Part shown: positions 49,636 to 62,062 of the stretch, one piece after another
Layout of the letters: each line of letters opens with the position of its first letter
Position numbering within the stretch: position 1 is the stretch's first letter
Assembly: GCF_000485595.1 (NCBI RefSeq)
Contig: NW_014577062.1
Location: 1,161,950 to 1,225,949 of the forward strand
Length of the DNA: 64,000 nucleotides
Direction: 5' to 3'
Source of the DNA: Priapulus caudatus
Taxonomy: Eukaryota
Notes under the pieces: generated by a model
What the model saw: the letters and a program-made list of their open reading frames with translations, nothing else
What the model was told of the DNA's origin: nothing
The model's database searches: none
Program-made: the position numbers and the translations under genes

Positions 49636-51674
49636 TGGCTTGCTGTCCTACATGCTGGAATCTCTAGAAAATATTGTCGCATAGCCAATTGCCTGCGTGA
49701 CGATGGGCAGTGATCACAGGTGCCGTCTCGTTCGTTCTCGGCTGACATGAGATGAATAGTGGCCGGAACGTGTTGTGTGTGGAGTCTCCTGGTAGGGAGA
49801 GAGTTTCAGAAGCTCCAGCACATAACATGCAGCAGACAAGCGTTTCACTTCGCGGAGGCAGTGTTGGTGTGAGGAGAGAGAGGCATGCCGAGTCGATGGT
49901 CCAATAAACATTATTGATGTCAGGACTCCATGGCGTGTGCTGACCGCCACCAGGGGCGGCAAGAGAAGGCTTTCCAATGAAATTTCCATAGCCAATGACT
50001 GAAGTGGAAACCATATGGCACCGTTAATGATGCCACTGTTAGTTTCTCTCATCTGTGCAATGTGCGTTGGTTGCCCCTTGTACTACTGTGAGCTCAGGTG
50101 ATGGTTGTATTATCACATCAGCTCTTTCTCTCTCTTTCTCAGCCTGTGTGTACTTGCGTGCATGCATGCATGAACAGAAGACCAAAACTCATCATTAAGA
50201 AAATGTGCAATGTAGTTATAGTATGGTTCAAAATGGTCGTGCATAGCAATGGTTGTCTACACCTAAATTCATCCTCGTATACATGTCTAAATGAAACTCA
50301 GGAGTCTGCGCGTCAAGAGCTTGCAGTGGTGACGCATCGTCTGAATCGGGGGTTGCCACGGTGATAAGCCGTCCGTACCAAAAGGTTATAAGGGTGATGA
50401 CACGGCTCGTTTGGATCCGGAGGCTGCGGTGGGGGGCCTCGTCTTGCGTAATCGCCCGCGAGAAGATGCGCCGACTTGGGTCGTGAAGGGGGGTTGTACG
50501 TGTTACTAACACGTGCGTGAGTGGGAGACGTAGAGCCTGCTGTGTCATCGTCGCCTGTCGTAAGGCCACTTCTGCTGCTGCTGCTGCTGCCCGCTGCTGG
50601 CCACCGATTGTACGCGACAAGACAACTAACACCAAAATCTTTTATTTTGTATTTATTTATTGTTGTCTTTGGTCAGTAGTTGGAGCTCGAGTAGTAGGTT
50701 AGATATCATATGTGTGTACAGGCGAATTGGGCAGTAGAATGATCCTTTTAGTTGCGTGTTGTTTTATGCGAGACCACCAGATGGTACCAGCATTCGTGAT
50801 AGAAGCTATTGATAAAAGATTTGAATGGGATTTGTGTACAATGAAGTATGCTTGTGCGTATAAATTACGGTGTTCTCACAACGTGGCGCCATCTGTTGGG
50901 TGGGAACACGAAAAACGCTCTGCGTCCAAGCGATATTGGCAGTTTACAGAGAAACTATATTTTGTCAATTTTATTTATTTTTAAGTAGACTTTTTATGCA
51001 TGGATCGAATACGTATGTTTAAATTAAAAATGCCTCTTATCATTCCTGAGAGACGAAAAGATAGTTGGGAGTGACAGAGCAAGAGAGAGGTGGTGATTAT
51101 GCCATTTTACATTGACCTGTACATATACATGTGTATATCCTGGCACTGCCTGCTAGGTTTATTTAATTAAGTTTAGTCAATTAATTAGGTAGAAATACCA
51201 TCGTTGTTAATTCAACTGCATGCCAGATGTATTGGATATTCTGCAGAAATTTTGCATCATCTGCCATTTATATGGAATCCCTTATGTTGAAAACATTGAA
51301 GCTATTGTCCAATCGAGCAGAGACTAATAAGTGCTGCTGTTTTACTGTACATACAGGAATCATGGTATGCTACTGTGAAGCTGGCATTCCGTGAAGTTTT
51401 TATGCAGCATCTACTCATATGAGTCAATTTACAATTTAGTTTTCATTCTCACTTGCTTTAGCCATGGTGGGACTGTGGCAAGCCGAATGTTACGTGCTGT
51501 TATTCAACTAATCGTCCATTTCGCCCAAGAGATGGGGCTTCAGGTTTCTACATCTAATGTTAAACGCTGACGTGATGATCTGTGGTGAAACAGGATTATA
51601 TTTGAGAGTATGAGGAGTCCAACGTGCTTATGCTCTTGGCATGGCTTTAGAATGAGTGACAAGCTCTCTGTATG

Positions 51675-51677
<3 letters not shown>

Positions 51678-51722
<45 letters not shown>
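51678..51722. repeat. (CT)n microsatellite
   Basis: Seen directly. Confidence 0.9.
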
Positions 51723-51726
<4 letters not shown>

Positions 51727-51999
51727 AGAACAGGTGGACGAGTTTTTATCGACTGCAGAATGTTTCTAATGGATACGTTATCTGACGAGGAGTGAGAGGA
51801 TGAAGCGCCTTAATACTCTGTATTTTAGCCTGTGACGGTGCAGTGCCCTATCTTTTATTGTTATTCTGTCATGGTGCAGAGGTCTCTACACTCTGCGTGT
51901 TCACACCAACAAAGTGCAGTACACATGTGTATTTCCTACGTAGGAAAAATATCCCACGGCAGTAATTTTAGCAGCTTCAGGTGTGGCAACGTCAGTAAT

Positions 52000-52187
52000 T
52001 GTGTGTGTGTGTGTGTGCGTGTGCGTGTGCGTGTGCGTGTGCGTGTGCGTGTGAGTGTGCGTGTGCGTGTGCGTGTGCGTGTGCGTGTGCGTGTGCGTGT
52101 GCGTGTGNNNNNNNNNNGTGCGTGTGCGTGTGCGTGTGCGTGTGCGTGTGCGTGTGCGTGCGCGTGTGCGTGCGCGTGCGTGCGTGC
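52000..52187. repeat. (GTGTGC)n repeat spanning a 10-N gap
   Basis: Seen directly. Confidence 0.92.
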
Positions 52188-53992
52188 TCTTGTGCATGAG
52201 CTGTTGGTGTGGGTAACAGGTCGGCCTGGTCTAGGATAACCACCCAGCAAAAATCTGGCGATTTTCTACAGGTAACTAAGGAAACCAAAAATCTGATTTA
52301 TGTGCGATTCCCCCTGTTGTATAGATGATACTCGCATTCGGGAGTATAGGAGGTCCGTCACTGGGAGAGGGAGGGGGTTGTGTCTCTGGAAGGGGGAGGG
52401 GGTCTGTCACTGGGGGAGGGGGTTCTGTCACTGGAAGTGGAGGGGGAGAGGGTCAGTCATTTCTGCAGTGACACGGAGTGCGGTAATTTGGTATTTAATC
52501 ATTTTATTCCATTCCGTTTGTGATGGAGCCTGTGTTGGTAGCATGTGCGTGAACTGCTAATATTATTATTATTATGATTATTTGTGTTGTGAAATAAACA
52601 ATATATGATACAATACGGGCGATGTTTCTGTCTTCTCTAAGCTGTGCATCAACGAGACATACAATAATATAACGAATATATCTTTCCACGGCTCTTTATC
52701 ATGCGAGAGACTCGTGCCAGTTGTTGGCAAAGTTTGAGGTTTATAGAGGGTTCGTACGCAAAACTTGTGTTTCACTTGACGTAGAAAATTGGGATTAAAT
52801 GTGAAGACTGGCCATTTGTGAGTTTGTCATAATATAATATATTTGTCATTGTATAAGTAGGTGGTATATTGTCATAAAAACATTTCAACCCAACTTACTC
52901 GAGATTGCCAGGTCTCTGATTTCAACAAAAACATTGTTAGCAAATACTGGGCATGTGCCATCTGGCCATATTATATAATATATATATAATACTATATATT
53001 ATATATAATAATACATAATATATATTATATATATAAGCTATGCCCGAGAAGAGAAAAATAGGAAACTTTGTAGGAATTGGTTTTATGAGTTGTTTATTTC
53101 GTTGTAAAACATACATACCTTCAGAAAAATTTCGCCCAATGTTACTGTGAAGATATAGATATATGTATATAAATGTAATATTACTGCACACTTGTAGTTT
53201 AGAAGCAACGGAGTGTGTCCGTTCGCTGCTGCTTCGAAGTTATGTGTAGTCTTGGGACTGGCCTGTGAATGCCAAGTATTCCCATCTGCATGGAGACTGG
53301 AGAATTAGATGCCCTTTTTAGACAATTTGAGAAGATTTCGAATATGCATATTGCATATGGCAATCGTTTCACAATGCTCCAGAAGATCTGTCGCATGTGC
53401 TTCTCTAAGAGATCAATACAAAGCTGAAGAAAATGAGGAATGCACACAACTGATAAGCTGATCACCAAAGACTGCACATGAGGTCTCTGGTGTACAAATG
53501 TATTTGAAGTAGCGGGGTTTACGTTGTGAATTCTGATAGCGATGTCTAGATGAGTATTAGGACTCGTTTCCACTAAGCGAGTGCATTGATTGAAGTGATT
53601 CACTATGACCAAGTGGTATAGAAAGTATAATTTCATTCGCGCGACACTGACGTCCTTGTCCTGTTGTATTTAGGTTGTATGTGTTTATTTACGAGGAACA
53701 GGTATGTCAAAGACCCTTCACATCCGTGCATGATTAGTTTATGGTGTTTGCCTAATATTTCGGTGTATTCACAATCGTCCCCGATAAAGTTTGTCAAAAT
53801 AGCTAATAAACCAACTCACTGTTATCTCATCATCGCGAACCCACCCTTGCTAGTTTAGTGTGGTTCCGTATAATATACTCGTGACTACTATACACCCTAC
53901 TATATATTATAAAGAAGCGTACACATGAAGAGCATGTTGGGGGTAAAGAATCTCCGCATTCGCTACTGTTTCATCCTACAATTACGTCTCGT

Positions 53993-54468
53993 TTACAAGA
54001 GGCTGGCATTTGCAACGGTTAACGACAGAAGCGTGATGAGAAGCGCGCTGCCGAGCCACCGAGTTGCACTAGCGGTCGCTGCTGCCCCCTGGTGGTTCGC
54101 TTCAGTTTCCGCCTCCGTCTCAGCGGGCTGCGTTGTCATTTCTGCGACGCCCGGCGGCTCCTGCTCCGTGGTTTCCATGGAGTCGAGCTCGAGTACATCC
54201 CTCCGCTCGTCTATGAGTTTTATCGGCGGCTGCATCTCGGTGATTTTCGCCGGCCGGGAGGAGAGGGCGGCGGAGCGTCTTCCGGCACAGGCGGGCTCGT
54301 ATTCACCGAGGCAGGCGGCGTACGCCATGGCGTGCATCAAGTAGCTTTGCTCGCGAACGCCGACGAACAGATGCGACATAGCGCCCGTGGCGTAAGTCGC
54401 CACGTCCTCCCCGGCGTGCACACCTGACGATCGTGGCGCCACCGCCTGCTGGAGGTAGTTTTTATCGG
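53993..54468 (-). CDS. ALP terminal exon (…GVHAGEDVA…MAYAACLG, acidic stalk, GPI-signal-like tail)
   Basis: Acceptor TTGCAG, 476 nt to TAA. Confidence 0.92.
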
Positions 54469-56761
54469 CTGCAAGAGCAACAACACGGCGACAACTTAAA
54501 AAACACGCGGTACGATACAGCAGACGCTAGAGTGTCTGTATGTCCTGGTCGCGGTAAATTTCCAAATTAAATACTGATTCGCGAACTATTGTAATTAACG
54601 AAAATTTAAAGCAGGATTTCAACTAGCTAGCAATTAGCGAAACTTAAACAGTACGTATGCGCGTTGTCTACGTATGCATGTAATGAGCAGCCCTTTGGCT
54701 TGCAAGATTGCGAACGTACTAATTGAATTTAATGTTTCCGATTGAATTTATGATGCATAATTAACATAGATTTTCTATCGTGAGACAGTCACAATTTTAG
54801 TAGGAATATTGACGGTACTAAATTATGACTTGGTTGTTATACGTTACATCAAAGCTCAATATACACGCAAACAAACACAGATATATAATTACTTGTATCG
54901 ACTCCGGTTATATTTATTCTGGTTCCATTGCTAATGCTACGTCCTGGAGACAATCCATATAGCAGTGTCGTATACGGTTTTAGGTCCCGGTTAGATACTC
55001 CGCCAAGTCCTGAATTTAAAAAATCCTTGTATGCACAACTTATTGGTAGTGTAGAAGGGCGACATACAAATATGCGAACTTGTTTTAGGCTAGTAAAGGT
55101 ATTAGTTGTGTTTGGGTGTTTTTTTTATAGCTAGCGAAACCCAGTTCCAGGATTTGAAACGAGATTCTACAAGATGCCATTTTAAAGCTAATAATGCTAC
55201 ATAGTGCACCACTAATCATGTCATTTAAACAAAAATGTTTGTTTGCGAGGGGAGGCTTTCCGAAATCTAATGCTATCGTTACATTCTTCCTCTTGGGTGT
55301 ATGTTTTGCGTAAAATCATAGCGATGACTGGTGAACTTGCAACCCTCAAAAGGTTATTTGTAGCACTCGTTGCAAGAACTGAGATTTCCTCAGTTTGTAG
55401 ACGGGGTTATCGGCCTGCGTCAATAAGTCGACAGAAGTGATTCAGCCTGGTTTAACGATCCTACCGAATATAGGATTTCCTCTCGGCGGATATCCGGACA
55501 TGATCATGTTATGCGAATGGTCGGCGGTGACAACGAGTAGAGTGTCTTCCGCGTCGGTCATGCTGATAGTCTGCTGAACAGCGACCTCTAGCGGCAGCAC
55601 TTCGGACACAGCTCTGACGGCGGCGCCCATGTGATGTCCGTCGTCGATTTTCTCGTCTGCGGAAACGACGCTACGTAAATGAAGCGGCTTTTGTTTGTGG
55701 GGAGTAACGAAGCTAATTATCACGCATTAATCAACGCGCTCACTTGCACATTAAATTTATGTCCTCATAAAAATTAATCGAGGAACAATACGTACGGGTT
55801 ATCTATAGTAGGCTCGGCCGCTATACAGGCTAGCCAGTGAGCATGCGCCGTACGAGCAACCGTCAGGAGGCAAGCCACAGGGAGTATGCCGTTGTTTATT
55901 AAGATTTCTCAGTATACCGATCTTTCACTTATAATTAATAAATTTATTAATAGTTATTTTACCCTGTCACTTGCGGTAGCGAGAAATACTCAGGATGCGC
56001 GATTTTCTTTAAACATACGTGTTAAACACGACGTGCTACGTGACTTACTTTCGACGAACAAAAAGAAACCCTTGGGATTCTTTTTTAATATTTTTATTGC
56101 CACATCGACCATGTCTGGCAGCGATGGTGATCCCTTTGGTCCCTCATCTCTGTCCATGTGATACGGCATTTTGTGCGACGCGAACAACCCTGAAATGGCA
56201 TCGGTCGCAGTGTAAACATCGCGCACTCTCCGGCACGCCCTCGCGGCACCGCCAAGAGTATAAAGAAGGCTCTTGCTTATATATATGCCTTGCGGGGACA
56301 CCCACTCGAAGGTCACGGGAATCTGCGTATTTCTAAAACAAACTTCCGCGCATGCTCGTCCACTCAAATCACTGTCCAGCGTTGTACTAGCATTACCCAC
56401 GTGCATATACATTGTCCTGGCAAGTAGCCAGGAGGGCGGGTTACGGGTACCGACGACTGCACATGCGTACATTCAATGATCCTGGATGATTCTTCTAGAA
56501 ACTTTAGTACAGTGATCACCACTATAGTTGGAGCTTACCTAGAACGTAGTCGACCTCGGCTGTGTCGACGCTGAGCAGCTGTGCTGTGTTTTGCACGAGT
56601 TTGTGCCTGACACCCTGGCCCTGCTTCTGACGAAGCCACTCTAGTTCTAGATTCCGGCCGTCCGTACGCAGTCCCGCTTCTGTTTCGTTCGATGCGTGGC
56701 CGCTTTCTGCGACCGGCAAGAAATACTCCCGGCCGCCTCCCATGACGACCTGATGTAGGGT

Positions 56762-56804
<43 letters not shown>

Positions 56805-56837
56805 AATATATATATATATATAAAATATATATATAAT

Positions 56838-56895
<58 letters not shown>

Positions 56896-59800
56896 TGTGT
56901 GATCGTGCATATATGAGACAAACGCACCACGCTCTCTCACTCGCTCCTGCCTCGCTCACGAACTCTCGCTCTCTCACTCACTCTTTTATTATTTTATTAC
57001 ATGGTTTATATACGTTATTGCGTATACTATATGCGTTATTACGATATTTCCACACAACTATACTATTCTCTGCGTAACCACGCCAGCTGACATCACCTGG
57101 ATGTTCTGGCCTGGTCTGTTGTCTATCAGCTGGCTTGCTATGTCCTTGCAGGCGGAATACGTGGGCACGGCCCCGTCATACTTGTAGGAATCAGACGGTG
57201 CGTGCGAGTACAGTGGCGACACAGATGCCGCGGCCACCGTGTCTGTAGTCACAAAGCCCACCGACTTACCTGACGAAAAAATGAAATATGCGTTAATCTT
57301 CTCAGCCGGGCTATATGGGTTAGGACAACAGACGGATGTGGGAGAAAATCCATACTAAATGGAATGAAACCCGTTCGCGAGGGTTGGCGAGTAACGACAA
57401 TGACAAAACATCAACATCTTCAACATCATCATCATCATCAACAACAACAATAACAAAAATAAAAACAACAACAACAACAGCAGCAGCAGCATCAACAGCA
57501 GCAGCGGCAACGACAGCAGCAACAATAACAACACAACAATAATAATAACGTAACTTCCCCGTCAACTTTATACTAATTTTAGATACTAGGATCCTATCAA
57601 TCTAGCACTGGCGAACGACTGAGCTCGGCTATGGCCCGAGGGACAAGAAGTAAGTCCCCCATATGCCAAAGATAAATAGGGGAAAACATTCAACATGCTA
57701 GCGATAAATATAGAAAAACCTTACATGTGCGGAATAAATAAGAACAAAAATCCTACTCAATCGGCGCTTACCGGCCTCTTGTGCGAGTTGTAGGATAGAT
57801 ATCAAGTTGGCGCTGCTGTCGCATCTGTCATCAGACGTCGCATCCATGCAGATTCCGTCTTTGTTCGTCTTCGCCCCGCACAGGTAAGCAGTCGCTGCCG
57901 ATGCCGACTCACCCACCTGGATCTCCACGTTGTACGTCTGTATAATATATATTAAGAGCTAATAAATACCTAAGCTAATTAAATAATAATAATAAGATAA
58001 TAACCTCTACGATACTCCTAGGCCGAGATATTGGAGCGTAATCATGCCTCCCACATGCCTCACACCGCCTCGTATCCACAATAATCACTATCCTTACTCC
58101 TTCCGTCGCCGCTTGCAGAGCAGACATGCCCAAATTTGGTACTCTTACTACACCATATAGTAACTGAGCTGCGTTGTAGAGACTTAATTTAGAAAACATT
58201 GCCGGCTACATCATGACGGGCATTAGCCGTGCTATGAAAGATAATGGGAGATAAAGGCATAGGCGATGCCCCCGAAAGTCACCGATAATAACCGAAACGC
58301 CGTTCATTCATAGAGTTATCGCGGAAAAAAACCGAACTCTCACGAAGCGACTTTCCTAACCCGCAAAAGGCGAGAAGGATAGTGAATATTGTGGATGCGA
58401 GGCGCCGGAAGCCTGTGGGAGGCGAAGTTTACGAGCCAATATCTCAGCCTAAGAGTATCGTATTGACAAGCGGTTGGTCTTGTTTTAGAGAGCAAATAAT
58501 TTTGCTTAATGCAATACGATAAAATTATTCTAGACTTGCAGGCAAAGTAGAATAATATTACCGTAAAATAGCACTATTTCCCCGTTTTTCCGTTGTACAC
58601 TCTAGGTGTTAATTAGCTTGTCTAATAAGATAATTTGTCTTTATTAACTCCTGATATATATATACACCAAGGTGTCAACAACATGCGGGGAAAACAAATA
58701 TACAGCGAGGTCTTTGCTCCCGTTGATTTCACAATGAATCAACATGTAGTAAAAAATTGCCATTGTTTGAAAGAGGTTAAGACTCGGATGGATGCCGAAC
58801 AGAGGAAATCAGCGAAACAGAGAAACGAGCACTTAACTATCAAACCAAGAAGCCAACACAAGTGGCTTAGGCGCATGTATATTCTGGCTTATGCCGAACA
58901 ATTCCTTTCTGTTTTAGTTAGCTTCCGAGCGGCAGAACTATATACATTCTTTGGGTTCATATGTCGCTACAACATGACTTATATTCGAATTAAATTGCGA
59001 TGAAAATGACCGAGGTACCGGTGTAAAATGGCTGGAGATTATTATTAGCTCAACGCAGCTTAGGGCTCATTAATGCAAACTAACGCAACTCCGCGTTAAT
59101 AGCGAATTTTTGCATGAAATCGATGGTTTGTAAATGTATCACTGTAAAATGCAAATAAACGCTTAGTTGTTGGTGACGTTCGATTTAAGGATAAATATAT
59201 ACACGCGTTTAGTAAGGTTATCGTTGCTTAATGTTGATACGAGCTTAAACCGTATCCGATCTAGTTTCCCATATCGGATGTAATTCCGAGAATTCGGTCT
59301 ATGTATATACAAGCAAGTATAAAAGGAAACCCTTAAAATTGTAGATTTTTCCCCAAACTCAAAATTTCACGGAAACGCATGTTTAGTGTCTAAAATGCAT
59401 TCTCGTCCATGCAATTATAGATGCCTACCAGCAAAGAAACACGATGCACTATACGCCCTTTCCGTTCAGGTCACCTATGTATACGTGGACGACAATATAT
59501 TGATTCCTTCTTCTCTTCGGACCGGACCCAGGGATTCGCCGCCGCATACGTGAAATCGCACTTGTGTGCGCGCGTGCATGTGTGTGCGTGAGTGTGTTTG
59601 TGCGTGCTCACATGCGTGTGTGCGACAGAAGGCTGCCTGCAATGTTGAGTAAACGATTGACTAGCTATAACATTAGAAATTACAATCAACGAGTTCGAAT
59701 TCGTATAGTAAATTTACGCTAAAATCGTATAAGCATTTTTCCTCCAGCTGCTAAGCAGGTGTTCGCCAGCCGAAAAAAGCCAGCACAACGGCGTGAACAT

Positions 59801-60732
59801 ACGCTCGTTCGTTCGCTCGTTCAATCGGTCGTTCGTGCGTGCGTGCGCGCATGTGCATGTGCGTATGTATAGGCTCGCGTGCGTGTGTGTGTAAGCGCGT
59901 ATGTATGTATACGGGGTATTCATGTGTATGCGGTTGGGCGTGTGTGCGTCGTGTTTGTTTGTTGATGCGTTTTCGTGTGCGTGCGTGCGTATGTGTGTGC
60001 GTGTGCGTGTGCGTGTGTATGTGCATGCGCGTGTGTGAGAGCGTGTGCGCGCGTGCGTACGTGCATGAATATGTGCGTGTGCGTGGGCGTTCGTGTGCGT
60101 GTGCGTGTGTGTGTGCGTGTGCGTGTGCTTGGGCGTTCGTGAGAATGTGACTGTGCGTGTGCGTGTGCGTGAGCTCGTGTCAGTGTGGGGTAGCAACATG
60201 TAAGCCGTTAACAAAGTTAAACAAACGCATCGCTAACAGGCTCCACAGAAGAGCGAGTAAGAAGGCTCTTTGTGCAGCGGGTTTTCCCCCGTGTTATTGA
60301 TCCCGCAAGATAAACATACAACGAACGAAACCGAATCCTGATACGAACACAAACATGGCGGCCGTATCAGAAAGCAACCCCGCGGTTAGCCGGCTAAGTT
60401 AATAAAGACAATATTCTGAACGTTTTGAGTCGCCGTGTTAATTAGGGCAATTTCAGGGCAATTTCTGTTCTGTTGCGTTTTTAATTAGGACAATATTAGG
60501 AAAGGGTATTTCTATAGGGGACTCGAGATATTTCTATATGCTACCTGACAACATTATGATGCCGTTACCATTTAAATGGGAAATATTAAAAGTATTTACC
60601 ACAATTAGCTGCTACCACAATATTGCTGGTGGTTTTATCTACTACTATTGCATTTGATCAACACTAGCGCGTTTCACGGAAAGTGAAGTTAGAAGGTGTT
60701 TCTCTCATAGTTGTGCCATAGATATATTAGTA

Positions 60733-60796
<64 letters not shown>

Positions 60797-62015
60797 AATA
60801 TATCAGCCCTATCAGCATAGGTTTCTGTAATAAATTCTTATCAGTAGACCTGTGTTTATAATTAGGAGAGCGCCCTAGCCAGTAGGGTGCCATATACTAT
60901 GGAAAGCCATTACCGCCAAAACCTACCTATTTTAATCGCGCTTAAAATACATTGAATTCCAGCCAATCAGAACAGTGGTTTTTAATCGCGATTAAAAAAG
61001 ATTTTAAGCGCAATTAAAATAGGAGGTTTTTGTGCGTGTGTGTGTGTGGTGTGGGTGTGTGTGTGTGTGTNNNNNNNNNNNNNNNNNNNNNNNNNNNNNN
61101 NNNNNNNNNNNNNNNNNNNNNNNNNNNNNNNNNNNNNNNNNNNNNNNNNNNNNNNNNNNNNNNNNNNNNNNNNNNNNNNNNNNNNNNNNNNNNNNNNNNN
61201 NNNNNNNNNNNNNNNNNNNNNNNNNNNNNNNNNNNNNNNNNNNNNNNNNNNNNNNNNNNNNNNNNNNNNNNNNNNNNNNNNNNNNNNNNNNNNNNNNNNN
61301 NNNNNNNNNNNNNNNNNNNNNNNNNNNNNNNNNNNNNNNNNNNNNNNNNNNNNNNNNNNNNNNNNNNNNNNNNNNNNNNNNNNNNNNNNNNNNNNNNNNN
61401 NNNNNNNNNNNNNNNNNNNNNNNNNNNNNNNNNNNNNNNNNNNNNNNNNNNNNNNNNNNNNNNNNNNNNNNNNNNNNNNNNNNNNNNNNNNNNNNNNNNN
61501 NNNNNNNNNNNNNNNNNNNNNNNNNNNNNNNNNNNNNNNNNNNNNNNNNNNNNNNNNNNNNNNNNNNNNNNNNNNNNNNNNNNNNNNNNNNNNNNNNNNN
61601 NNNNNNNNNNNNNNNNNNNNNNNNNNNNNNNNNNNNNNNNNNNNNNNNNNNNNNNNNNNNNNNNNNNNNNNNNNNNNNNNNNNNNNNNNNNNNNNNNNNN
61701 NNNNNNNNNNNNNNNNNNNNNNNNNNNNNNNNNNNNNNNNNNNNNNNNNNNNNNNNNNNNNNNNNNNNNNNNNNNNNNNNNNNNNNNNNNNNNNNNNNNN
61801 NNNNNNNNNNNNNNNNNNNNNNNNNNNNNNNNNNNNNNNNNNNNNNNNNNNNNNNNNNNNNNNNNNNNNNNNNNNNNNNNNNNNNNNNNNNNNNNNNNNN
61901 NNNNNNNNNNNNNNNNNNNNNNNNNNNNNNNNNNNNNNNNNNNNNNNNNNNNNNNNNNNNNNNNNNNNNNNNNNNNNNNNNNNNNNNNNNNNNNNNNNNN
62001 NNNNNNNNNNNNNNN

Positions 62016-62062
<47 letters not shown>

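Noticed and set aside
53199..53640. 145-aa minus ORF and faint RTE-like peptide traces (WTG..MP..IP..GEL) on plus
   Set aside because: Too degenerate to support without a search.
53925..54427. Plus-strand ORFs opposite the last ALP exon
   Set aside because: Antisense shadows of the real exon.
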